Position numbers and translations under genes: made by a program. The notes below the pieces were generated by a model that saw only the letters and a program-made list of their open reading frames with translations, did not search any database and was not told where the DNA came from. DNA of 63,991 nucleotides, filler included, from Raillietiella orientalis (lineage: Eukaryota): NCBI GenBank assembly GCA_036172245.1. It is 4 parts of 4 records of this genome, joined end to end, with 100 filler letters (N's around TTAATTAATTAA, not from the genome) between each part and the next. Parts side by side here need not be neighbours in the genome. Positions count along the whole stretch, not along the records: positions 35,253 to 52,599 come from JAYWIR010000247.1; 3 more parts are not named here. One strand, written 5' to 3'. This document shows positions 37,401 through 50,200 of this stretch, in pieces (within the stretch, counting starts at the first letter, position 1; every line of letters begins with the position of its first letter).

Positions 37401-40133
37401 GCAACGCCGAATCCTCGGGGCAGACGTTGCACAGGGAACTGTTCGCAGAACTCCCGGACCGAGTCCTTAAGTAGGTCCCAATCCGCGAGACTCTGGAGGC
37501 TGACGCCTCGCAGGAAATCGCGAAGATGTTCTTTTGCTCCTGACAGGCGCGTCCAGTCCCCTGGCATACGCCAATCCCTGGATGGCGGTCCCTTGTCGCG
37601 CGGGCGCATCTCGAATACTAACCGGGAAAGGTCCGACAGCGTCGATCCAAGTGTCCCTCGTTTTCGAAACCGTGTGCACAGGTTTTCGTCGAGGAAGACG
37701 TGGTCCACGCTGCTGACCATCCCGCTTATTTCTGTCAACAAGTTGCGCGGGTGCCTGGCGGCGCACAACTCGTTGATCGCGTTACCCTATGCTCCGGGCT
37801 GATCTGAGAGTAGACGGACGTTGAAATCCTCTGTTATCAGATGCGCCTTTCGCACGTCCGCGTCCACCAGCCAATCGCGCTTCAAGGTTTCCAGTAACGC
37901 GTTGCGCTGCTGGTATCCATCTTTACCGCTATGAGCGTACACATTTGTGGCGATGAGGTCGATCGAATAGGACCATCTGAGAAACATTTGGCCGATCCGT
38001 CCGTCGTCCCCAAAGCGCACGCCCTTCAAGGCCGCGTTAATGGCTGGCTTTAGGAAGAACGTGACCCCACAAGAGTTGCGGGCGCCGCATCGCCAGTACA
38101 ACCGCCCTTCCGCGATCGTTTCGATCTTCTGGGCGTCTTTTGCGGTGATCACGTGGATCTCCTGCAAAAGTACCAGGTCGAAATCTCGCAAGGTGGCGGC
38201 TGTATCTCGTCTGTTTCCGTCGTCGCGCAGCTCGTTAACATTCCAACTGGCCGCACGGATCCGAAGGCGACAGGCGAGTCCAGGTGTTATTCCGGGGAAC
38301 CTGGCGGTGGTGCTCCCGCCACCTTTTGGAACGGGTCCCTGGACGAGGTTAGCGTCTTGTCCACCAACTCCCCATCCTTCTTTCGTGCCGACGTCTCCGG
38401 TTGCCCGTGCGAAGGGGGTGTTGTTCGTACCTCTTGGCCCAAATCCATTGGTGAGTGTGGTTCAGGTTCGGCGGTTTCAGAGGGCATTGCTGACCCCTGG
38501 TTACCCTCTTCCATTGGGATCGCCTCCTCGTCGGCTTCCGCACGTGGGTGATGCCCGACTTGGGCTCCCACGCTGCCATCCACTGGTTCCTCCACCATTG
38601 CATCCCCCTCGCGCGGAGGCGCAATGCACCTTCGGGGTTTCTGGGATTTTCGCCTCGCTTTCCTTGGTGGTGCTTCCGCAGAGGAGGATGCACTTCCGGC
38701 CTCCCGGTCCGACTCACCTGCGGGGGCCACTTTAGCCGCTGCCGGCCTACGCAACCCCTTTCGCGAAGGGTTCTCGCGTTCGGCAAGCGTTGCCGCAAGC
38801 TCCTCGGCGGCCTTCTCGAAGGCTGCGTCCTTGGTTTCGGCGATTTTGTCGTCCGGCTGACCCTCTTCGCAAACGGGGGGTGGGTTTTCGCGCGCATTCG
38901 TCGCGGCGGGAAAATCGATCGAAGCCGTATCGCCTCCGGTGGTGTCGGCGGGAACGTCAATGCGCTCCAGCGTAACCGTGCATTCTCGGAGAGTTTTTAC
39001 GCGCGACACGGATTGAGCTTTTGTTCCGGCCGCCGCCTTCTCTCCTTTCTTCGGGACATGCTTGTCCTTTTTTTCTTTTTTGGCTTTGACTAGCTGCCAG
39101 CCCTGTTCACCCTCTGCGGTTTCGGGAAGATTTTTCTCCGATGCCGCGCTTGGAGCTTGGGTTATTGGCAGCTTTTCTCGTCCAGTTTCACGGTTTTCTA
39201 ATTTTTCTTTCCCCGCGCGTTTTGCTTGCGCCTTTTTGGCGGCCAAGGAAATTAAGTGGGGCGTATAGGGCACACGCGACGGACGTGTCCCTTCTCCCCG
39301 CACAAGTAGCATACGATGTTCGGGCACCTCTTACGGATGTGTCCGACCGCATCGCATTAGTTGCAATACCGTGGCTTGCCAGCATTCCAGAGGTCTACTG
39401 GTTCTTCCGCGACCTCAAGTTTGTGGGGTAGCTTCGCTTCCTTTTTTGGGGTTACGCGTTCCGCGGCGAGGCCTCCGAAGTGGCGTCCGTAGCCCTCAAA
39501 GATTGTGGGCTTCGGCCACAGCACGTGTACGTCCCCGTACTTACTTAATTCTGCTTTTACGGCAGTGCGCGACATGCGCTTGGATATTCCTGTCAAGTGG
39601 ACCATTACCGAGTGGTCCATTGACACCGGGAAGATCTTACGGCCGTCCATGATCAGCGGGGTATTTATAAGGCGATCGTCTAGGCTGATGCTCTTGCACA
39701 CCAGCTCAACCCGCTGCGCCCCGTTGAGCACGCACAGACCGTCCAGATCTTCCACACGGACATTAGCATTTTGTAGCGATCTGCTGAAAGAGCGCGCCGT
39801 GTTTCCTTCAAACAAAGGGCCTACCTTGTATACAAGCGATGGTTTGTATTGAGAGACCCGATAGGCGGCTTTCTCGGATATGGCCTCCTCACTGGGGGCG
39901 GCGACCATTTCACTCCAAGTCTTCGCCGGCTGCGAAGACGTTCCAGGGACTATTTCCCCCATAGCAGTAGGTGCTGTGGTAGGACTTGCCTCCCCCACAA
40001 CTACATCCATCGCGGTGTCCTCTGGCACAGCTGCCATCGGACACCGACGACCCACACTTTACACCTGACTACACTAAAAACTCCGGTTGCTTCCCACACA
40101 AGCGCTGGCGGAGTGACCAAAAAACACGTCCAC
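37401..40133 (-). mobile_element. L1/Tx1 family B 5' half: 5' UTR, ORF1 (ATG 40037), APE
   Basis: GACGTGTTT start; TWSEMV, PHKL, GKPRYC; ASWNVN, LLQE, TNVYA; APE closely similar to 20840-21668. Confidence 0.92.
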
Positions 40134-40155
40134 CCACACCGGCTTTCGGCGATGC

Positions 40156-41487
40156 CACCCGGATACGCCGGGACATTTTTTAAAAACATTTCAACAATCA
40201 ATACAGAACGTGGTACAAGGCCCCACTGACGGCCACGGAATGCCGAACTGCCGGGACACCGGGACGCAGCCCGGTGTGGCTCTCCTCGGCAGTGTAGAGG
40301 GATGGGGGAAAAAACAAAAATAAAATAAAATAGAGAAACAAACCCCAAAAAAGCTAGTTTGGAGGGCCAGGAAGGGATCACAGAAAACTGCTGGGAGCGC
40401 CCTTCCTTTGCAGGATGCCTTCTAGTTCCATTTTCAGCTTTCCTAGATGGGGCCATCGGGTAGCTCTCTGCTGGAAGCGCGAAGCATACTCGATGACGTC
40501 CCTCACGATGCAGTCTTCATCTTCGGCATCACTTCAGGCCGCCACGATACCACGAATAAGACAAAGTGCTGCCAGGGATGCGGCTGGACTGAGGGCTTCC
40601 CGCATGAAGACAAGACTGAAGACACATCCAACATTGCCACCATCCGGTATCCGAAGGGCCGTTTTCAGACGATCCCAAAGAATGTGGACGGCAGGACATT
40701 CAACTAAGAGGTGGGAGAGCGACTCCCGGTCCCCACACCTGGCACACTCAGGATTTACTCTTCCCCGCGTCCAGTGGAAGCGGCGCGCATTGCAGGGTAG
40801 ACCCCAATGCAGCCACAGAAGCGCCGATTCTCGCCACTTCAGGGGAAGAATCCTGGATCCAAGTAGAACCGAGGGCCACTTCAGGTCATCCAATCGAATG
40901 CCGAGCAGCTCGCCTCATCTTCTTAATCCACGCGGCTGGAGACTAGGCGTCGTTGCATCTGTCAACTCTCCCATGGTCCAGCCGCTCATCATCTTCTCTC
41001 TGCCTGCGATACGGCAGCAGACTTGCCACCTTGGCTTCCGGCTTCCGTGAAGCGCCCTTTGGAGGAAGGGCATCGCCGTAACAAGGGGTGTGCCTTCCGC
41101 CCACGTGCAACTCGGTGGAAATTCAACTATTTCACGGAGAGTGCGGCGGGCGTATAAGCCGACTCGTAGGCAGTTCATCCGGTCTTCGCATTTTTGGTTC
41201 TGCTTAGCCCAGGTGCCAGCAGTCTCTTATAGCCAAGCTGAGAAGTTGGCAGGGCCACAAACCATCCAGTCGTTCTCCTTTGCCAGGGTTGCCATTCGGC
41301 CGAGCATTAGACCGCATCTTCGAATTTTCCGGCCAGGGCACAGAAGAAACGATGCGAGTCCTTCGCAGCGGGACACACGCCTGGCCAGGAGGCGGGCCGG
41401 ATGCACCAAGTGGTGCTCCACATCTTCGCTGCGATGGCGAGGGTCCGCCATCGCAGCTGGATTTCCACGCGCTCCAGCATCAGGATG
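40156..41487 (-). mobile_element. L1/Tx1 family B 3' fragment
   Basis: Closely similar to 18060-19340; terminal hairpin. Confidence 0.9.
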
Positions 41488-42207
41488 GCAATCCGGGTCT
41501 GCCTGCTTGCTGTACGAAGAAGGCCAGGAGCACTCATCTCCAGCGCAGGTTTGCCGCATTCTGCGGGATTTCTATCCTTCTCTTTACGCGCTGAGACCAC
41601 CGGAGCGCTCCTCTGCCCAGCGCCTGCTGCCAGAGGCTGCTCGCGCGTTGAGGGAGGAAGAAATAAACATCTTCCTCCAAGAGTTCACGATGGCGGAGAT
41701 AATCTCCGCCATCACTAAATTGAGGAAAAACAAAGCACCAGAAGAAGACTTCCTGCCAGCTGAATTCTACCAACACTTCGCGGCAGAGCTGGCCCTACTG
41801 GTGCTAAAACTATGTATGCTGATCCGTGAACGTGGGGATGTCCCCAACTCGTTCCGGTCAGCTAGAGTACGTCTCCTTCCTAAGGGAGGAGACTTGCGCA
41901 ACGTTGGCAAATAGCGTCCCATCACTGTAGTGAATGCGGACGCAAAGTTGCTCGCCAAACTGTATGCTGAGCTCCTGGGACGGGTTACGGACTCTGTGGT
42001 CAGTCCGGAACAGACATACGCTGTTCCCGGACGAACCATGGAGGCCAACCTGTTTTTCGCCAGCACATTCTGGCAGTTGCAACAACGCGAGGCGCAGCTA
42101 CGTCAAGAAAGTCCTAGACTCTCCATTGACATGGGGGAGGGAAGCCGGGAAGAAGATGCGGTGCCTGGAGCCCTTGCGGTCGCAGTCGATTTGCGTAAAG
42201 CTTTTGA
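41488..42207 (+). mobile_element. L1/Tx1 RT N-terminal fragment
   Basis: KAPEED, LLPKGGDL, PEQTYAVPG, ends at VDLRKAFD. Confidence 0.88.
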
Positions 42208-45200
42208 TTTTCACCCGGATTTCTCCGGTTCGTTTATTAAAAAAGTAAACTTTGTAAACAAATTATTAATGGCTGTGGCAATGCTCCAGCCAGAAGATAA
42301 GAACCACGGCGCCTGCCAATTCACCAGTTTCTAGAGCGGTACGGTCCACCACGGCAGCAGGGGGAAAAGGGAAAAACAAAAAACAAAACAAAAAGAAAAG
42401 AAAAAACTGGGAGGGTACGGAAAGGGATCACAGATGCTAGTGGGGTTTTTGCACGCTTTGCAGGATGCCGGCAAGCTCCTTCTGTATTCCTGGATCCAGG
42501 TGGGGTCATGGAGACGCCCTCTTCTGAAACTAGGAGGATGGCTGGATGGCACCCTGGTCGTGTGGTCCTCCCGTAACCTTGCTCCAGGCGTTGACGAACA
42601 CGCGAAAGCAGCACAGGGCTGCTAACGAGGCCGCTTCCTGAAGGGCGTCGGCAACGAAGAGGGCTTTTAGTGCGTCCCTGGGGTTGCCGCAGGGAATTCC
42701 GATGGCCGCGGCAAAGCGGAACCAAAGGGGCCGAAGGGCAACACAATCCACTAGGAGGTGGGGGAGGGACTCCCGTTCCCCGTACCTTACACAATTGGGA
42801 TCCACCGCTCCCCAGGTCCAGTGGTGTATACGGGCGTTGCACTGGAGTCCCCAGTGCTGCAACAGGAATGCCGACTCTTGCCAATTTAGGAAGAGGATGG
42901 AAGTGTTCATAAGAATCGGGGGCCACGTCAGATGTTCAATCGGAACATCCAGCAGCGCTCCCCAGCGCAGAAGTCCATTACGAGGCGTACTCGGAAACGC
43001 AGCATCAGTTAGCTGGCCCGTCTTCCACACTCTCTGCTTCTCCTCCTTCCCGAAGATTTTTATTGTAACCTCCCACTTCGCCGCAACATCGCTGTCCTGA
43101 TGTTCTACTAGGGAGTCCAGCGCAGCAGCGAGGGAAGTTCTTCCTGTCCACGCTCTCTTCTCAGGATATTCCAGGATCTCACGGAACGTGCAACTTCTGT
43201 AACACCCAAACAGGAACCTTCGTTCCTGATGGGAGGGTTGCATGCCGAACTGTCCCCACGTACGAACGGTTTCCTGTAACGAGGCACTACCGTTCTCGGG
43301 GAGAAAGGTGATCTATCCTTGATATTTCCTTGCCAGCGCAGCCACCCTCCGTAGCTGAAGCCCACATCGGTTGATGCGGCTTCGATGGAGTGCAAGAAAC
43401 GACGTAAGTCCCGTCTTGCCGGTGGCTTGCTGGAGGAGGAGACGTGCAGGGATGCAGCAACAGGTGCACCACAACTCCGGCACAACTGCCAAAATCCGGA
43501 ACTGGAGCTGCAGCTCCAGCCGCTATAATGTCAGGAGGCCGAGACCACCGTCACGACGTGGAGCGCACAAGTCCTTCAAGCGGACTCGGGCCCTCCCGTT
43601 GCCCCGAAGGGCGCTACGGAGGAGGTCCTTCGTCCGCTTTTTTATCCTCTCTTTGGGGGGGCAAACAAAAAGCATGGAACGGAGGAGAGGAGCCGCGGAC
43701 ATGTTCCAAACCGCGGCCCGTTCAGGCAGGAAAAACCTGCCGCCTCGGAACGGGCCGATAGAAGTCTCTACTTATTGAAGGCAGCCGGACCACGCTTCCG
43801 CAGGGAAGTAGTCCCCCAGCGGCACACCAAGGTACTTGAAGTACCTCACCGTGGGGATCCCCAAACGGACCCAGTCCTGCTTCCCTGCCCACGCCGCACC
43901 AACTTGCATCACCTACGACTTCGCCCTGTTCACCGTAAACCCGGTTCCTCGATTCAGCAGGTCGCAGAACTTCTCGATCACCGGAGCCGGGGTGGACATA
44001 GGGAGCAGTAGGAGGTAGTAGGAGGTAGTGCGCATATACTGAAACCGCAGGCGTTCCGGCGCATTCATGCGGCAGGTGCGCCAGAGTTTCCCTGTACGCT
44101 TTCAGTACCAACTCAAAGTAGGTACTAAAGAGCAAGGGGCTCAGGCTGTCTCCTTGCCGTGTCCCACGTCGCACCGGCGCGCCGTGAACAGTATGCCCGC
44201 TGAAAGTAACATTGATTAGCGCATCCCGCCAGCTAGAGCGCAGATAGGCCACTAATGAGGCCGGGAAGCCCAAGCGTTCCAAAAGCTCAGGAAGGAGATT
44301 CTGGTCGACGCAATCGAATGCATTTCGCAAGTCGACAGCGACCGCAAGTGCTTCCTCCCCCATCAGACCATCCGTCGTATGACTGACGGACTCACCGGAA
44401 TTCCCGGTGCGCATCAAGCCCCTTTCGTGTTGGAGCTCTAGCAAAGTGGAAGCGTGGAACAGGTTCGCCTCCATGCTTCGCCCCGGAACAGCATACGTCT
44501 GTTTCGGGATGATGAAGGCGTTTGCAACCCGTCCCAAACGCTCAGCTTAAACCTTAGCTATCAACTTGGCATCCGCATTGACTATTGTGATGGGACGCCA
44601 GTTGTTCATGCTCCTCAGATCTCCTCTTTTAGGGAGAAGCCGCACCTTTGCCGAACGAAACGAGGCGGGAACGTCACCTGTCTCGCGTATCAACAAGGTG
44701 AGTTGATGTACCAGGGGGGTCAGCTCAGCCGCGAAAGTTTGATAAAACTCCGCGGACAGACCGTCATCCCCTGGAGCCTTTCGCCTCTTCAGCTATCCGA
44801 TGGCAGAGATGATCTCGCTCATCGTGAAAGACTCGTGGAGGGACTTTCTGTCCTCTTCCCCGATCGCAGGAGCGCCTTCCGGAAGCAGGATTCGTGAGAA
44901 ATCCCGTTCGAAAGGCGTTCTTGCGTACAAGGAGGAGTAAAAACGCCACAGCAGACCACAAATCTGAGCGGATGCCGAATGCTTCTGGCCCTGATCGTCC
45001 AGCAAGCTTGCCGATCCTGACTGCCAAACTTGCCTCTTTCTGCCCCATTGTATTCCGCCAGCCTGCGGATGTCAAGGGTCCTGGCGTAACGGCGAGCCTG
45101 CAGATAGGCACGTTTGTTACGTACCTTGTCCCCAAATCGCGCAGGTAGGCGGTGCAGAGTTAACTGGTCGCAGAACTCCTGGACCGACCGTTTAAAGCGG

Positions 45201-45860
45201 TCCCAATCCTGGAGTGTCTGCATCCTAAAGCTCCGTATAATCGTGCGGAAACTTTCCGTCGCGTCCGGAACTTGAGCCAGTCCCCTGACAACCGCCACGC
45301 TGACGAGGGGGGGCCCCTGTCGCGCGGATGGATTTCAATCACGATTGGTCGATGGTCGGAGAATTCGCACGGCAACTTGCAGCGCCTGCCCACACGAGTG
45401 CACAGGTGCTCGTCAAGGAACACGTGATCGATGTTGTCCTCCATCCCTGGTACACTGTCCAAAAAATTACAAGTGTGCCCCGCCGCGCACACCTCGTTGA
45501 CCAGGTCACGCTCGTGATTCGGCCCATCCGGTTTCAGACGATCTTTAAAATCGCCTGCAACCAGATGGGCATTCCGCACGCCTGCCTCGGTCAACCAGTC
45601 GCGATGGAGAGCAAGGAAAAATTCTTTCCTGGCCCTCCTGTTCGTCAGGTCCGCTCCACTCGGAGCGTAAACGTTCGTAACGATCAGGTCGATCGAGTCG
45701 GACCAGCTGAGAGTCACCTGGCCGACAAGACCGTGATCGTCGAACCGAACTGCACGGGCGGCGGCCTCGATGGCGGGCCGAAGCAGGTAGGCGACAACAC
45801 AACTTCTCGATGTTCCACAGCCGCCCTCCGTAGATGCTTTCGATCTCCTGCGCTCGTACA
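42208..45860 (-). mobile_element. L1/Tx1 family E (APE-RT-3' UTR), decayed
   Basis: TNVYAP, GDF, SDH, DLRNAFD, GTRQGDSLSP, KYLG, HLLVDC; hairpin end + AAAA. Confidence 0.92.
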
Positions 45861-47215
45861 GTGCAGACGTGTTTCCGCGTCTAAAAGGCCAACGATCGGG
45901 CAACTTTGTGCCTGTGTTTTTGCTCGCACTTGTGTGTTCCTGTGCAATCTGCCAAGACGCATAGTGCAACATGGCCAGTAAACAGCATAGTGTGGAGGAG
46001 CAAGCCACTGGAAGCACTTCAGCTGCACATGAAGTGGCCGCATCCTCCGTGATGGTTTCCTCGCCCCCGGTGCGGAGTTACGCCGCCGTTACCTCCCAAA
46101 GAACAGGACCCTGCGATGCGGAGTTCCAGGTATATGTGTCATCAGGATAAATGCCTGCACTCCGTTATAAGGTCAGTGGGCCACTAAACGAGAGAATCGG
46201 TCGTGAGCTCAATGATGAGCTCGTCCGGATAGGCGTTCACGAGGAGGAACTCCTTGCCATAATGCCTGCTGGCAGGATGGAATATACGAAGATTCGGTGC
46301 GAGAACGCAGCACATGTGCAGCGCCTTCTCCGTACGCCGTTGACCATCAATGGCAAGGAAGTCCTACCTACCGCGATGGACGACTCTTTTGTCGTTCAAT
46401 TGTGCGACATCGAACCGGAAATCTCCGACCGCGATGTCGTAAGTGTGCTGGCGAAGTTCGCCACCGTGCACGCTCTGTGGAGGAGGCCAAATCCTCTAAA
46501 GGATTTCCCCTCTGTCCACATTGGACAAGCCTCCGCGCGGATCACCGTCGCGAACAGGCGTGTTGTGCCTGAGCAGTTGCAGGTGAACGGCACGGTCGTT
46601 CACCTGTGGTTCATAGGCCAGACTCGCGCGTGCAAGCAGTGCGGCAAGGAGGGGCACCGAATTAAAGAGTGCCCCTCTCCAAGATGCCGCTATTGCAAAG
46701 ATTCCGGGCACGAAATCAAAAAGTGCCCGGTACTTGCAAGAAAAAGAGCCGCAGCGGAAACTCGTCGGGTACAAGAGACCACTGCACGAAAAGCCGCAGC
46801 GGCAAATAAAAAACGTCGTCCGCAAAAACTCGCAAAAAACCACGAGCGATCCGCGGATGAAAAGAAAGCATCCCCGCCCGCAACGCCCCGAAAGGGGAAA
46901 GTCACGGCGGGGAAGCCAATTAAAAAGGGGCGCGAGGGTTTGACGCGTGCCGTGCCTTCCCTCTCTGCCGAACTCGCAGGCACCTTTCCGAGCCTGGAAC
47001 CAGGAAATCTCCGTAACACCCTGGAATGAAAGGTAGGAAAACAGGAAGATCGCAACAGTGCGAAGACTTCTTGCCCCGTTCCGTTGTCCCTTCGGAGTTC
47101 CGGACAGCCCCACTGCAGCGCAGGCCCCACTGCAAAGGCTACGGAAGTCGTAAAAAGCAGCGTCGCGACGAGCAAAAACACGCTGCATGCAGTCGCCCCA
47201 TCGCCGACTCGGCAG
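45861..47215 (+). mobile_element. L1/Tx1 element I: 5' UTR + divergent ORF1 (ATG 45971, in-frame stop ~46148)
   Basis: GACGTGTTT start; RSYAAV; CKQCGKEGHRIKEC, CRYCKDSGHEIKKC. Confidence 0.88.
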
Positions 47216-50200
47216 TTTTCCCCAAGTCCCACGAGGGGTGGGGTAAATTTATTTTTCTAAAATTTTTCTATAAAAACATTCACACTACAATCTCATCCAT
47301 ACCATTAGCACTTTTCTCTTTTACCACTATGAATTCCTTGGATTCTCACAAGTTCTGCACTCATGGTGGGTTTCCTACTGTTTGGTCCCGGGCGTCGTCT
47401 TCTATCCTCTCCAGGATGAATCGGAACGTCCAGGCTTGGATTTTCCCACAGTTTCTAATGCCGATTTCCCTTTTCAGGAGCCCTTGTAGGATCTCCATCG
47501 GTGGTGCGGCTCTTCTGGCTTTCCTCATTTTCCACCACCGCACAAGTATGGCGATGATGAAGAAGGCGATGGTCGTCCTCACCAAGGGATTGTAACAGGA
47601 AACATTACCATTTCCCTGAAACATCTTGGCGAAGATCTCCATTACGGATCTGTTCGTAAGTCCCATGATCCTTTTCAGGATCAGTCAGTCATGCAGCAAT
47701 GAGCTACACGTCAAGACGTGAAGTCTCGTGTCGATGTCTCCACATGCTGTGCAGTCTCGATCTTCCCTTCTTCCGGTGTAGTGCTGCAATCGGAACCCAC
47801 TCTGGATTCCTCCATGATAAAACATCAGGAGGTCATCCTAAGTGCCCGGCGGAAGGTCACTCCTCCAGAGCGTCGTGCCAATCGCTAACAAGTTGATCTG
47901 GTCACTCGCATAGCGATCGGCGGCTTCCTGGAGGGCACTGATATCACTGTGTTCTTCTTGAATTAGTCTTCGGAGGTTTGTTTTGGTTACCCTGGACCAC
48001 GCAAAGTCGTTGTGGTTGAACCACACTTCGCGAGTCATGTGGGTAAACCTTCCTAACAACATCTCTATATACCTAAGTATACGAGTGTGATGTAGGTACC
48101 CTCCACGTTTCCACTCCTGGATTCGTTGAAGGGTAACTCTGGACCGCTGGTGAATCCAGCTTCTCGTGTCCGGCGGGACAGGAAGCATCCAAGGGATTAC
48201 CAGGATGGACTCGTCCTGCCAAAGTTCCCTACTTCTCGGCACGATCTTGATTTTGTGCTTTTGCACCAGCCGTTGCTTCCTCGTCCAGGTTGGGTCGATA
48301 CTTTTCCATTCGCCTGCTCGGCCTGGCAGCGCAGTCATCAGGCCTTTCGAGATGTTCAACAACAACGCGTAGGCCCTGTGCGCCGCATACGGCCAGTCAT
48401 CCCAGTGAGTGGCAATGTCCAGGATGTGTCGCGTATCCATGATTTCTATGGAGTGTGCAAGCGAATTCATCCCTGAACCGCCTTCTTCCCTGGGACGACA
48501 CAGGGGTTTTAGTCGGACTCTTGGGCGATAGTGGCCCCACAGTGTTTTCCTCTGCAGCTTGTCGAACTCCCTCGTGGTTTCCTTGTTCATCCTCGCGAAG
48601 GCCGCCCCGAAGAGCACTTTTGGAAGGAGTACTCCGTTCCATATGTTGGCCTTTCGCTTCATTCCAAGGTCCGTTCGGGTGTACTTGGCTGCTTCCTTGG
48701 CCGTTTTCCCTAGGATCTCGGTCCACAATAGCTTCGACGCGGAGACGTCGCCAATGTAGACACCCAGGTACTTGGCCTTGTCCACCGTACGGAATCCACT
48801 ACCCGTTAGAGTGGAGAGATCCAGAATTCCGACGGGCAAAAGCTGGCTCTTCTGGGAATTGATTTTTAAGCCCAAGCCCTGTTCCATCAGGTCCACCACA
48901 TCCAGAAACGCACGCTGATTTTTCTCTCCCTTGATGAAGAAGAGTAGATCATCGGCGTATGCCAGATGGGTAAGACGCTGGCTATCGATGGTAATCCCGC
49001 TTAGTCGTCCGCTCTTCTCGATAAAGGACGACAACGCCTCCATATAGATGACGAACAGCATCGGACTTAGCGAGTCGCCCTGTCGGACTCCTCGTTCCAT
49101 CCTGATTGCTGCCGTCTCCTGGCCGTTGATCTTGATCCGGCCGTACTGGTTCTGGAGTACCGCCCTCACGAAGTTGCTGAAGTGTTCCGGAAGCCCTAGC
49201 TTCTCCAGAACCTTCAGCAGCATCCCGTGGTCGATGGAGTCGAAGGCCTTCTCCATGTCAGTGAACACCAGCACCAGTTTCTCGCCGACGTATCGACTGA
49301 GTCCAACAGTGGCCTGGGCACACTTGACATTGTCCGACATGTAACGTCCAGGGACTGCACACGCTTGGACCGGAGAGATGAGCCTCGACATGACCTTGCC
49401 TAAGCGGTTGGACCAGATCTTCGCCAACCACTTGGCATCCGAGTTCAGGATCGAGATTGGCCTCCATTGAGCGACCTGCCTGAGGTCGCCTCCTTTTAAC
49501 AACAATCTCATCCGACTCTCGTAGAAGGACTGTGGAAGTCTTCCTTCTTCACGGATGCAGAGGGTCAACTGGTGGAACAAACGCAGGTAGGCATGCAAGT
49601 ACCGCTGATAGTGAGTGATGGGTACGCTGTCAGGGCTCGCTGCCATGTCCTTGCGTAGTTGACCTAACGCAGTCTTCACCTCGTCTTCGGAGAATTCCTC
49701 CTCCAGTCTGTTCCGCTGGAGGTCGTCGGTCCTCTTCTCGAGATAGCTCAAGAAAGCCTGTTGACTAGAGCGACACAGCTGTTGTCGCCTGAAGTGTTTC
49801 GTGTAATGCCTGTGAAAAGCATCCACGATGTCCTCAGACGACTGTCGCTTTTGGCCGTCGTACTGGATACAGAAGATATCTGTTGCCAGAATTCTCTTCT
49901 CCAGCACGCCGACTTCCCCTTTTATGTTCTTGAAGACGTACCGACTCTCGAATTGATCGAAGTACTTTGAGAGTGATCGATGTTGGATGTTCAGCTCCCG
50001 GTACGCCTCCTGCCTCAAGCGCCTATCCCCGAACTCCATGTTCGCAAACAGGTGTATCCTGTGTTTCAGGCTGTCCCAGTCGGCGACTCTTCGGAATGTT
50101 GTTGCCTTCAGAATCGTCTCCAGGACAACCTGATGTCCGGGATGGGTTTCGAACCAGGCGAACATGCTGATGAGCGCCGCCCTGGTGCCTTGCCTCCGCC

